This document shows positions 11,745 to 22,089 of a stretch of DNA of 64,000 nt, piece after piece. Numbering within the stretch: position 1 is the first letter of the stretch; each line of letters begins with the position of its first letter. Made by a program: the position numbers and the translations under genes. The notes below the pieces were generated by a model. The model worked only from the letters and a program-made list of their open reading frames with translations, was not told where the DNA came from and did not search any database. This stretch comes from Lingula anatina (lineage: Eukaryota > Animalia > Brachiopoda), in the NCBI GenBank assembly GCA_051362555.1, contig CM120649.1, forward strand, positions 10,292,001 through 10,356,000, written 5' to 3'.

Positions 11745-11861
11745 AGATACAACACTCGTCGCTGAGCTGTACGTGAAAATTACTCGTGTATTGTCTCGCC
11801 TGCGGTTCGCCAATACACTCGTAATATTTCACGTACAGCTCGGCGACTCGTATTGTATCTA
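11745..11861. repeat. ~50-bp-arm hairpin, Crypton-like non-autonomous element end
   Basis: agatacaacactcgtcgctgagctgtacgtgaaaattactcgtgtattg, loop tctcgcctgcggttcgc, then caatacactcgtaatatttcacgtacagctcggcgactcgtattgtatct. The hairpin is certain; the Crypton assignment is from recalled motif similarity. Confidence 0.6.
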
Positions 11862-12134
11862 TCACAAAGAGTATAGACATGTGCCATAAACAGATATTTT
11901 TTCAGTTTTGGGTGCTCCGTGCTTAAGTTTTAAAGTCTCGGTCTTACATTTCTATATCAGCAGGCAGATTTTTTATTATTAAAATAAATCCAAGCTACAC
12001 TTGTGGTTGGAGACTGTTCAATTTAGATGTTTAGAAGATTGAGAGCAAAGGAAATCCAAAAAAATCCCCAAAAATGCTAGTCTGCTCTGCGCCAGTATAG
12101 CTCTGTAGTCCCACCTTGCTGAGGGACAGATTTT

Positions 12135-12672
12135 ACTATGTATTGGAGACGTACTCCAAGCACAGAAGTTAGAAACCTGGGTGTAATTTTCAACAACAAA
12201 TGTGACATGACATCACACATTAACAAAGTGTGTAAATCATCATATTTTAGTCTGCAACGAATTTCTATGATTCTTCACCTTATTGACAGCAAGCAAACAG
12301 TGCTACTCATCCATGCATTTGTGACCTCTAGACTCGATTACTGCAACAGCCTCTTGTTCGTAATACCTAACTGTCAAATGGAAAAAAACTTCTGTCTTTT
12401 CAGAATTCAGCAGCTCATCTCCTTCGTAAAACTCAGAAATCCGACCACATTTCACCAGTTCTCCGCGATCTTCATTGGTTACCAGCCTCTCAAAGAATAG
12501 TTAATAAGATTTTACTCTTGACTTTTAACATTTTAAAGGGCGACTGTCCATTTTATATTAACAATATGACAGAACTTTTAACTTCTCTTAGAACTCTTCA
12601 TTCCAGTGGTCGATTTCAACTCAAGTGAAGCGATACCAAAAAGACTCTAAAAACATATAGAGTTTTGAGATT
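12135..12672 (+). mobile_element. CR1/L2-group LINE 3' fragment (part 1), degraded
   Basis: VRNLGVIF..SHINKVCKSSYFSL..LIHAFVTSRLDYCNSLL, then after a frameshift DHISPVLRDLHWLP. Continues at 16728 beyond a nested insertion. Confidence 0.85.
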
Positions 12673-12796
12673 CAGGCCTACCCAACTACCAGACTCGGCA
12701 CCTAAGGATCCTGAATTAACCGGTATATCGGACCACGCTACCCGTTTTCAAGGTGTGTGTCAGATCGCATTTCGGAGTATCATACCCCAGAATAAA

Positions 12797-15700
12797 TTTT
12801 TTTTTTTTTTTTTTTTTTTTTATTCACAAAAAGACAAACAAAAATACATCTGTAGACACACACACTAACACACACACACACAATAACACACACAAGACAT
12901 TCATTATACATTAAGTAAACATGTAGATAGCCGGACTACGTACGAAACAGTATATTACAAGTGATGCTGCACATAACAAGATACCAACATTTTACATTTC
13001 ACATAAGAAATTAGCGAAAAAGTAAAGTAAATTTATAAGTGGAGAAACTAGTCAAAAATAGAATCCCAGGTTCTCCACTCTGTAAGAAAATGGCCTAATT
13101 GAAGATTTTTTTGAGAAACATATTTTTCTAATTCAAATTTTGTTTTGATATATAAGAGAAGGGAAGGGAAGGTCGGCTGCATTTTTCTTTTAAAACAAGT
13201 ATATATATAAAATTTGGAGACAAGAATAATGTAATTTAGAGGCTTGAAATTTGTTTTGGATACTCCAAAAAGTATATTTTCATCATAGAGTGTAATTCTT
13301 TCATCAGTTTTGTTAGCAATCAAGCGTTCCATTTCAGTCCAAATGTTTCTTATTCGATAGCAATTTAAAAATACATGTCGCAAATCTTCCCTCTCCGCTC
13401 CACAGATAAAGCATTTCTCTGACACCTCAATACCGATTCTTTTCAGGTATGACCTAACTGGTAAGATTCTAAAAATTATTCTGTATTGGAACCATTGAAG
13501 TTTTGTTTCTCGTGTAACATAGAAACAATTCTCGTAAACATACTTCCAAGTGATATTTATATTTAGATCTAGGTTCCATTTCCTTTCGTGTACCAAGTTT
13601 TCAGGAGCTTCACTCATGAGAACCTGATAGAAATCTTTACACCCATTTCGACTCTTTATAAGTAGCTGAACCGGCTGAGGAACATAAGGAAATAAAATAT
13701 CTTCAAAAATTTCTTCATTGTTCTTTTCTTTTAGCCTACATTTTAAACTGTTACGTATTCCAAAATATTTTAGATCACATACTCTTTGAAATCCAAATTT
13801 CCTTTCCAGTTCAGCTTTGGTTAAAAATTTTCCTTCGTTGAAAAGATCGCCAATTATTCTTATACCCTTATTGTACCATTCTTTGTCCAATATTGATACC
13901 CCACCCAATTTTACTTTTCTATTATACCACAGAGGTTCAAGAGCAATATTGCTATTCATATCTTCTATACCGTATGTTAAATCTTTCCAGGAGATAATGA
14001 CATCTTTCCAAAACCTGTTATTGCAATTGCGTAAGAGTATATCTAAATAATCATTTCCATAGTCAAATATATTCCAAATAGATTGTAAATCAAAGGTGCT
14101 CTGGAGAATAGTGTTATAAACGTTATTTTTAAGGTATAGTCTTCTTATCCATGTACATTTTAATGCCGTTATGAATTTACTTAAGTCTGTCATTTTTAGA
14201 CCACCATATTCATAATCCTTTACTATCTGACCTCTCTTTACCTTATCAATTTTGCTACCCCAAATGAATTGGAAAAAAATGGAACTTAGTTTTTTTATGA
14301 ATACTGGATCTGGATTTGGCAGAGAAATGAAAAGATGGTTCAGCATTGGGATGATAAGGGTTTTTAAGATAGTAATTCTACCAATAGGGGTAAGTATTCT
14401 TCTATTCCAATGCCGAATCATACCCTCTATCTTCGGGATTTGTTTATCAAAGTTTAAAGTGACCATATCGTTTAAATTTACCGAGAATTCTATACCTAAG
14501 AGATTAAATTGAGTCGAACCCCAATCAAGTTTCCATCTAACGTGGTGAAAAACTTCCCGACTATATTTTCTTGAGCCAATCCACACTGGTTTAGTCTTGC
14601 TATTGTTGATATGGAGACCTGAAATTTTTGAGAAATAGTCTAATGTACGGAAAGATTCTAAGAAAGAAGACCTATTACCATCTAATATAAGGGTGGTGTC
14701 ATCAGCATACTGGGTTATTTTAAATTCGGTGTCACCAAGTTTTATTCCGCAAATATCTTTATTATTCTTTATCATGATTGCGAGAATCTCAGCACAAAGC
14801 AGAAAGATATAGGGAGACAAGGGGTCCCCTTGACGGCAGCCCCTCGAAATTTTGAAAGGCTCCGACAAGTGGCCGTTTTGTGTAACAGAGGCCTTGCTAT
14901 CGTAATTAAGGATATGAAACCACCTTTTTATAGTTTCCCCAAAATTAAAAAAGTCTAAAACTTTATCAATAAAGCCCCAATCTACAGAATCAAAGGCCTT
15001 TTCAAAATCGATAAGAATGAGTAAAGCAGGAATATTTTTCTTTTCTGCGATATGCATTAGATCATAAATTAATCTTGTATTTTCCCCAATATATCTTCCG
15101 GCAATAAACCCGGACTGAGAATTAGAAATAATTTTATCAAGATAGAGTTTCATTCTTTCCGCTATGCAGCCCGAGATCATCTTGTAAATAACATTTAAAA
15201 GGGTTATAGGCCTCCAATTTTTTATAAATTTTCTGATTTTATCGGCTTTTGGAATACAGGTTATAATCCCAAGATTTTGACTCGCCATCATTTTCTCATT
15301 GATGAAAATTTCATTAACTGCTCTAATTATAAAACTATGTAAATCATTCCAAAAAAATTTATAAAACTCTGCAGTAAAGCCATCAGATCCAGGCGATTTG
15401 TTATTTTTCATTTTTTTCAGCACCCTCAAAAGTTCCTTTGAGGTAATTTCGGTTTGTAAATATTCCTTATCAGGCTCGCTTAATTTGGGGACATCTAAAT
15501 TTGCAAAAAATAATTCTAGGTCTACCTCTTCTAATTGATTAGTTTTTGACGAGTAAAGGCGTTCATAAAATAACTTTGCTTCATTTAGTATAAGTTTTTG
15601 ATCAAATATTGTTGTTCCGTCTGGTAGTTCTAAATTCTGAATAGTTTTATTGACATAATTTCTGGATTCAAGTGAACAAAAATATTTCGTAGGCTTCTCT

Positions 15701-16287
15701 CCTTCCTCAATCCATCTGCATTTTGCTCGGACGAGGACTCCTTTTAGTTTTTCTTGTCTGATATTTTTCAACGCCTCCCTCTTAGCCTCAAGTTCGTCCA
15801 AAGAATTTTCATTTGGATGGTTCATTTCCATTACATAAATTTCTCTTTCTAGTTCTAATTCTTGCCTGTCCCTTTGTTTTTTCTTGAAAGAGGAATGGGA
15901 AATTGTCATTCCTCTAATTTCCATTAAAAGCATTTCTAAAAATAAGGAGTCATCAATAGTGAAAGATATTTGTTCGTTTGGAATTTCTGTAATATTTTCT
16001 TCGGCGTACACCGGAACTGCATATTGAACTTTTGTTCTCTTAATTATGTCCTTCACTTTACTCACATATTCCTCATCTTTTAAGAGGGAACTGTTAAATA
16101 CCCAAGTGCCTTTGCCCTTAATAAATTTATTTAGCTTTAATTCTAAAATTACGGGTGAATGATCAGATCGGTATGATGCCTTAATAGAAATATTAGAAAC
16201 TGAATTTTGAAGGTTATCCGCAATTAAAAAGAAATCTAGTCTAGCCTGCCTTCTGGGATTCCTTCTTCTCCATGTTTATTCTTCTCC
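12797..16287 (-). mobile_element. 5'-truncated Tx1-clade L1 LINE, young insertion
   Basis: Poly(A) tail seen as a T-run at 12797-12821, with AATAAA running into it. TSD accccagaataaa at 12784-12796 and 16288-16300. Uninterrupted ORF2. Confidence 0.95.
13048..16275 (-). CDS. L1/Tx1 ORF2p (C-terminal part of APE endonuclease + reverse transcriptase + CCHC/zf-RVT), lacking its N-terminus
   Basis: Frame is open upstream of the called start: TWRRRNPRRQARLDFFLI..SDHSPV (APE). RT motifs KSPGSDGFTAEFYK, NWRPITLLN, DFEKAFDSV, GCRQGDPLSPY, QYADD. C-terminal CFICGAEREDLRHVFLNC. Confidence 0.93.
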   Translation of the reverse strand, partial: TWRRRNPRRQARLDFFLIADNLQNSVSNISIKASYRSDHSPVILELKLNKFIKGKGTWVFNSSLLKDEEYVSKVKDIIKRTKVQYAVPVYAEENITEIPNEQISFTIDDSLFLEMLLMEIRGMTISHSSFKKKQRDRQELELEREIYVMEMNHPNENSLDELEAKREALKNIRQEKLKGVLVRAKCRWIEEGEKPTKYFCSLESRNYVNKTIQNLELPDGTTIFDQKLILNEAKLFYERLYSSKTNQLEEVDLELFFANLDVPKLSEPDKEYLQTEITSKELLRVLKKMKNNKSPGSDGFTAEFYKFFWNDLHSFIIRAVNEIFINEKMMASQNLGIITCIPKADKIRKFIKNWRPITLLNVIYKMISGCIAERMKLYLDKIISNSQSGFIAGRYIGENTRLIYDLMHIAEKKNIPALLILIDFEKAFDSVDWGFIDKVLDFFNFGETIKRWFHILNYDSKASVTQNGHLSEPFKISRGCRQGDPLSPYIFLLCAEILAIMIKNNKDICGIKLGDTEFKITQYADDTTLILDGNRSSFLESFRTLDYFSKISGLHINNSKTKPVWIGSRKYSREVFHHVRWKLDWGSTQFNLLGIEFSVNLNDMVTLNFDKQIPKIEGMIRHWNRRILTPIGRITILKTLIIPMLNHLFISLPNPDPVFIKKLSSIFFQFIWGSKIDKVKRGQIVKDYEYGGLKMTDLSKFITALKCTWIRRLYLKNNVYNTILQSTFDLQSIWNIFDYGNDYLDILLRNCNNRFWKDVIISWKDLTYGIEDMNSNIALEPLWYNRKVKLGGVSILDKEWYNKGIRIIGDLFNEGKFLTKAELERKFGFQRVCDLKYFGIRNSLKCRLKEKNNEEIFEDILFPYVPQPVQLLIKSRNGCKDFYQVLMSEAPENLVHERKWNLDLNINITWKYVYENCFYVTRETKLQWFQYRIIFRILPVRSYLKRIGIEVSEKCFICGAEREDLRHVFLNCYRIRNIWTEMERLIANKTDERITLYDENILFGVSKTNFKPLNYIILVSKFYIYTCFKRKMQPTFPSLLLYIKTKFELEKYVSQKNLQLGHFLTEWRTWDSIFD

Positions 16288-16727
16288 ACCCCAGAATAAA
16301 TTTTGTAGCACGACTGCGGGCTCATCCACGCTCGGCTGAACAACCTGAAACTGTACTCTTACTTTAGAGTACTCTATTTTATTGTCTCTATGGGGGTATA
16401 TGGGAACTTTACGACATTCGGTTTGAATGTTTTAACCACTTTTGATAGGGCTTTTTTGCATTGTATTAGATTAATGTGGCAGTCTTAGGTTCATCTAGGT
16501 GGCTTTCAAATTTATGCGCCCGGTTTTAAAATCATATAGCGCTTTTACGACAATCGTTTACTATCCAATCAAAGTGACGGCCGAGCATGCCAGGGCTCAT
16601 CCTGTCGGTGTTCTGGCTGATACTCCGAAATGCGATCTGACACACACCTTGAAAACGGGTAGTGTGGTCCGATATACCGGTTAATTCAGGATCCTTAGGT
16701 GCCGAGTCTGGTAGTTGGGTAGGCCTG

Positions 16728-17003
16728 AGATTGCTGCACCAATTTTATGCTCTAATTTTACTAACGTAACAAATGTTACTGTTTTAAAAAAGAATCAAAA
16801 CACCTTTTTTTTTAGGAATATTTTGGTTAACTTTTATCTCTTAGTTTCTAATACTTCTATGTTAGTTTTTAATAAATCTTTGTAGTTTTAATTTTTATAC
16901 GAAAGTGTTAACTGCGCTGAGATTCAAGTGTAGCGCGGTTTTAAGAAATGTATTATAATAATAATAATAATAATAATAATTATTATTATTATTATTATTA
17001 TTA
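16728..17003 (+). mobile_element. CR1/L2-group LINE 3' end (part 2) with (TAA)n/(TTA)n tail
   Basis: Removing the MITE restores ..SFEIAAPIL.. (RAF..AAP.LW motif), followed by ..HLF, a 3' UTR and a simple-repeat tail at 16955-17003. Confidence 0.75.
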
Positions 17004-18789
17004 AAATCATTAATTTACAAATCACAGTAAAGAAAACTTAAATCATATCTCACTGATAATGCAAATCGAAAATCCTGATAATCACGAATCACCGAGTATA
17101 ATACTTCGTTTCACAAAGGGGAAAGAATAAAAAGGCACATTCACGAGTCACGGGAAGGGGGGTCTTCACAGATCATTATAAATGATATGAACATTTCACG
17201 CATCTCGGGGGAAATAAAGTGGCTTTAACAGGAAACAAAAATACGTATAACGAATGGGACTCCTTTAGTTAAAAAGTTTGAAAAAACATAATAATAACAG
17301 CGATTCTTATTCAAAGGCATTTGGGGCGTCAGGCAAGAAGCCAGCACTTGACTTTTATTCACAATAAATGAAGCACTTTAATAATTACTGTATTCCAATA
17401 CACCAATATCTGACTTCTGAATTATAATTTTTAAAGTAAATTCTTTTTCTAAATTTTTTTTATTAAACTTAAAAAATAAACAATACATTTAACTATAGTC
17501 AAATACGTACGTAAACACTAATACTCACATACCCTACCATGCTGCTATTACTGACAACTTCACTTTTGTCTTTATATTCCAATATGTTCGTGCTTAAATA
17601 CAATAGATACTGGTATATAGTTCGAACTCCTGGGAATTCACATGAAAAGTAAATTTACTTTTGACAAAGACGGTGCTTTTTTGGTTACTTGCAACTTTTA
17701 AAGACAATGATCCTGATTTAATTAACTTTTACACATGTATTATTGAAAGCATTTGAGCACCTGGTGTTTCAGGCCTACAGTGGAGGAACGGCAGAAAAAA
17801 AAAACATTTCAATGTTATTAACATCGCCAGTAAAAAAATTGGGAGAGAACTCCTCCAACTAGATGGTATCATGAAAGACAGAATGGAGAAAACAACAAAA
17901 TGAATTATAGGGATCCCACCCATTCAGCAAATTTCTCTTTTTTATTTCTCATCAAGCAATATTAGAATGCTGATTTCAAGGGCAGTAAATGTTTTTAAGT
18001 AGTTTTTGTCTAAGTATGTAATATTAATTCCACTTTTAAGCACTTTTAGCTTATAAACATTATAATATTCAGTTCTTTATTTAGTTTTATATCTCAAATG
18101 AAAACAATTTCCGATATTTATATTTCAATACTTTTATTGGCTGAATTAATTTTTATCTTATTTCACTAATTAGAAAAAAACAAGATAAACATAGAACACC
18201 CTAAGCTGGACTTTCAGGAAATTACCAAAATAAAATCCATTGAACGGCCCTACTGTTAGAGATCTCGGTAATTTATTGGTAGACATATTGTCCACAGCTG
18301 CCATAAGCTTTAAATTTCTTCCCTGGAAAGTAGATGATGTAAAGCATAGTACATTTCTCAAGACAAAACTCATCTCATGTTTTCCAAATGTGTCGGGAAT
18401 CTAATCCGCAAAGCAGGCGACGACTGTACCCCTAAACTACAGAGGCGTGCACTTAATACAAGCTATAGGCATGCCGAGATGGGCCTCTATATACTATCGA
18501 CCCACTTCCCAATAATACCACCCTGGTAGCCATACACTTTTCTACAAGTGTGTGCAAACATTTCGAATAAGTTGCAAATACAAATTTCATGAAAAGTAAC
18601 AATCTGCAGATTATTTAAATTACACATCTCGTTCCCCTAGGCCTGCTACTTACAGCGATGAGTTTAATAACCCACTTAGAGACAGTAGTTTGACATGTTC
18701 AGTAACATATGATCAAAGTATTCTATGTAAGGATTATTAAAAATGTATATAAATATTTCGAAATAGAATCAGATGCGTACGTTCTCTAA

Positions 18790-19260
18790 AAATTGTATGT
18801 ATATTTTCTTTAATTAGACTGAAAATAAACATTACAATGTACAATACAATACAAATCACTTCTCACATACACATTTCTCAAAAACATATGCATACATACA
18901 TATCCGTATATTCGTTCTACCATGTCACTTTATTGCATGCTACATGTAACTACTGTATAAAATAAATACATATAAAGACAAGCAAAGCATTATTTTTCAG
19001 TTCAGAAAAAATTCGATGTCCTTGGATTACGGATGCCCTCCATTTTTTTATTTTCTGTAAATGTATCATTTTACCAGAGAAATTAGCAGATTTATTTCCT
19101 TCTCATCATTTCCGAGAATAATACCCGATGCATAAATCTGAACATTGGCTTCGTTTTCTTCCTAATCCAGTTTTTCGAGTTTTTCACAACATCAAACTTT
19201 AAGATATGTATATTATCTTTTATTTTTAAGAATTAAACGCACTGGACATCACTTGATTTC
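18790..19260 (-). mobile_element. Highly degraded L1/Tx1 3' end
   Basis: Minus-strand IILGNDEKEINLLISLVK*YIY resembles the ILFG..LNYIILVSKFYIY C-terminus of the intact Tx1 ORF2, followed by a GT-rich 3' UTR. Confidence 0.45.
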
Positions 19261-19575
19261 AATTGACATAAAGTTCAGTAGGTGTGCCAGACTTTTAAGC
19301 TGCTTAATCTGAACTCAAATTTAGTGAGAATTCCCTCGGAAATGGGTCAACCCTGCTAGATCAATCTAGGTATGGAGGGGTCCAAGTTAATCTACTGGTC
19401 AAGACTTGTATTTGATGAACTGAACCAGATTTGTCCTTGCCGTAATGATGATAGGAAGGTGGGCTCCCAGGCTGCTTTTCTGTTGATGAATCTGGAAAAA
19501 TTTCACAATATTCTTTCAGAAGATACCCATTGCTTTAACTGATCAATATGTCTTGAAATAAAGATATTATTACAC

Positions 19576-19743
19576 CAGGGGCGGATTGAGGTAGTCTTCT
19601 GAGTCTTCCGGAAGATGTTCAGATTTTCAAGTTTTTATTGACAGTTATCTAATTTCTTCTGTCGGAAGACAGTCAAAAATGGAGGATGGATCAGCAAAGC
19701 TAATTTGGAAGAATGTCACAAAATAGCTCTGGATCCGCCCCTG
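19576..19743. mobile_element. CAGGGGCGGAT MITE, complete copy in opposite orientation to 1770
   Basis: TIRs caggggcggat / atccgcccctg; flanks tacac / tgcac (5-bp TSD, one mismatch). Confidence 0.85.
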
Positions 19744-19877
19744 TGCACTGTAAAAGAATATATTAAATACCCAACTGCAGAAATCATTTTAGTAAGCAAA
19801 ACATGATGCTTTTTTATATTGTTCACTAAGCAGATGATGGAACCCGTACTGCTGATATAGGTCATTAATTGTTTTGA

Positions 19878-19908
<31 letters not shown>

Positions 19909-20771
19909 AAAAACCACAGGGAGCAGTTTTACCTCAGCTGTCAGCTGTGGTACCATATGGTCTGGAGTATGTCTGTCATCCTGATCTCCATGACAACAGG
20001 TACAGATGATCACCGATGGCGTCCAGTCTCTCAGTAACCACCCACAAGTTCTGGTCCTTGCTCACTTCTTCCACAAGAAATGTGCAAAAATTCTGAAGTG
20101 AAAAATCAACTAAACAACAAATCTGATTGAAGATTAGCAGGGACTCTTTCTGAGTGCAAACAGCGTAAGTGAATGACATTCCTCCTCTTGTTTCCAACAT
20201 ACTTGCATAATCAGCAGTTATTTTGTATTCCATTCAATGCCTACAGAGGCGTGTCATTCAATTAAGCTGATTGCACTTGACGAGAGTCCAAGCACAGAGT
20301 TGGATCACTCTAAGTTGACCTATGGTGTCTGTGAGAATGAGCCCATAGAGATCAGAATATATATAGACACAAATACAGTGCCTGTCTAACAAATATCTTC
20401 TACGCTGTATGAAGCAGATTCCATGGCATCTATAGACAAGAGAGGTGACACATGAATTATAAAATTCTTTTTTAAAAATCAGATATTTTCACCTCAACAG
20501 GTATGGTCTGTCTATAATAGAAGTAAAATTTGTTTTTTCATTGTTCCAGATCTTTTGGTTTGGTTTGGTTTTCTAACCAGCCATCAATACTACTGTGTCT
20601 GTACTCTTTTAATATTTTTAATCTATCAACTGAACACAACCATTCATTAACATTGGCAATATGAGTAAACCATCATCATATTTACATAAAACTCAAATAG
20701 GTTATATAATATTGATTCATATAATATTAATTCACGTTATAGGAGAAAATACTGTCTATTAGTACATCAAC

Positions 20772-20993
20772 CTTTAGCCATAGCAAATATTAAGACTGGG
20801 TTCTCATACCTAGATTGATCTAACATGATCGATCCATCTCCAATGGGTTTCTCGCTCAATTGCTTTCAGCGGCTTAGATGTCTTTAGCCATAGCAAGTAT
20901 TAAGACTGGGTTCTCATACCTAGATTGATCTAACATGATCGATCCATCTCCATTGGGTTTCTCGCTCAATTGTTTTCAGCGGCTTAGATGTCT
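20772..20993. repeat. 110-bp tandem duplication
   Basis: ctttagccatagcaa..ggcttagatgt at 20772 and 20882, about 3 mismatches. Confidence 0.92.
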
Positions 20994-21066
20994 ACTGAAG
21001 CTGCTAAACGATAATTACCTCCTAACAGGTTCAGTAGGCGTAGCTGCTTAAGTTGATTGCAATTTA

Positions 21067-21420
21067 TGCCCCTATTTCACACAGACCACGAATCCCACAA
21101 ATCGCCAGGAATTGACAAATTTCAGGATTTGTGGTTAAATCGTAATCAGTTCGTGAAGTTATTAACAGATTCATATATATTCGTAGTCAATTCTTGCAAT
21201 TCTTGATCAATCATGAACTGATTACGATTCAACCAGGAATCCTGAAATTCGTGGTTGAATCGTAATCAGTTCGTGAAGTTCTTAACAGATTCGTATATAT
21301 TCGTAGTCAGTTCTTGCAATTCTTGATCAATCATGAACTGATTACGATTCAACCACGAATCCTGAAATTTGTCAATTCCTGGCGATTCATGGGATTCGTG
21401 GTCTGTGTGAAATAGGGGCA
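21067..21420. mobile_element. Palindromic PIF/Harbinger MITE (TTA TSD) with internal 120-bp duplication
   Basis: TIR tgcccctatttcacacagaccacgaatccca..gccaggaattgacaaatttcaggatt and its reverse complement, TTA on both sides. The reconstructed empty site aatttagtgagaat matches 19318. Confidence 0.9.
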
Positions 21421-21506
21421 TTAGTGAGAATCCCCTTTGGAGATAGATCAATCCACAGTTAGTATAATAGGGTCTGGGAATGGTCCCTAGGGCCACATCA
21501 CTTTTC

Positions 21507-21720
21507 TAAATGACATGACATGCCTGTATCAGTACATGTACCTATCTGGGGTACCTTGACAATATGGCCATGACAATAAATGACATGACATGCCTGTACC
21601 AGTAAATGTACCTATCTGGGGTACCTTGACAATATGACCATGACAATAAATGACATGACATACCTGTACCAGTACATGTACCTATCTGGGGTACCTTGAC
21701 AATATGGCCATGACAATAAA
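21507..21720. repeat. 70-bp minisatellite, 3 copies
   Basis: tgacatgacat(g/a)cctgta..ggtaccttgacaatatg..catgacaataaa at 21511, 21581 and 21651. Confidence 0.95.
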
Positions 21721-22089
21721 AAGTTAGGGTGTTCTATGGAGAGAGGATTAAGTGAATAAATATTAAAAATGAAGTTATCAGACTAAGTGTTAGTTTTATC
21801 TGAGGGTGTATATTTACAATTTAAAAAAAAGGGCATAGACTTCTAATAGATGTGTTTTGAACTAAAAATGATTGTATATCATTTAGAAATAGTGGAATCA
21901 ATTATGGTAAATGACTCAGGAGTCTCACTAGATTACTGTCAGCTTAGCCGGCTTAAATGTCTGGCCCGCCTACTAAAAGCTGAACGGGGGTAAATAACTT
22001 CCGTGCACGCTCGGCTGATAGCAATTTAGTGTGAACCCTCAAGGAGTTAGGTCGATCCAGATGGATCGATCTAAATCTGTGGAAATGCA

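Larger units (their letters stand above)
12673..16727. mobile_element. MITE with ~110-bp near-perfect TIRs and 5-bp TSD (agatt), carrying a nested Tx1 LINE
   Basis: caggcctacccaactaccagactcggcacc..ggagtatca (12673-12782) is the reverse complement of 16618-16727 with about one mismatch. agatt at 12668-12672 and 16728-16732. Confidence 0.92.

Noticed and set aside
13817-14512. Antisense ORFs within the Tx1 ORF2
   Set aside because: Short shadow ORFs opposite a real coding frame; the same applies to 31266-31600 and 33121-33354.
17500-18400. Possible fossil L1/Tx1 ORF2 on the minus strand (..MIPSSWR..)
   Set aside because: Only one short motif among many stops; too weak to list.
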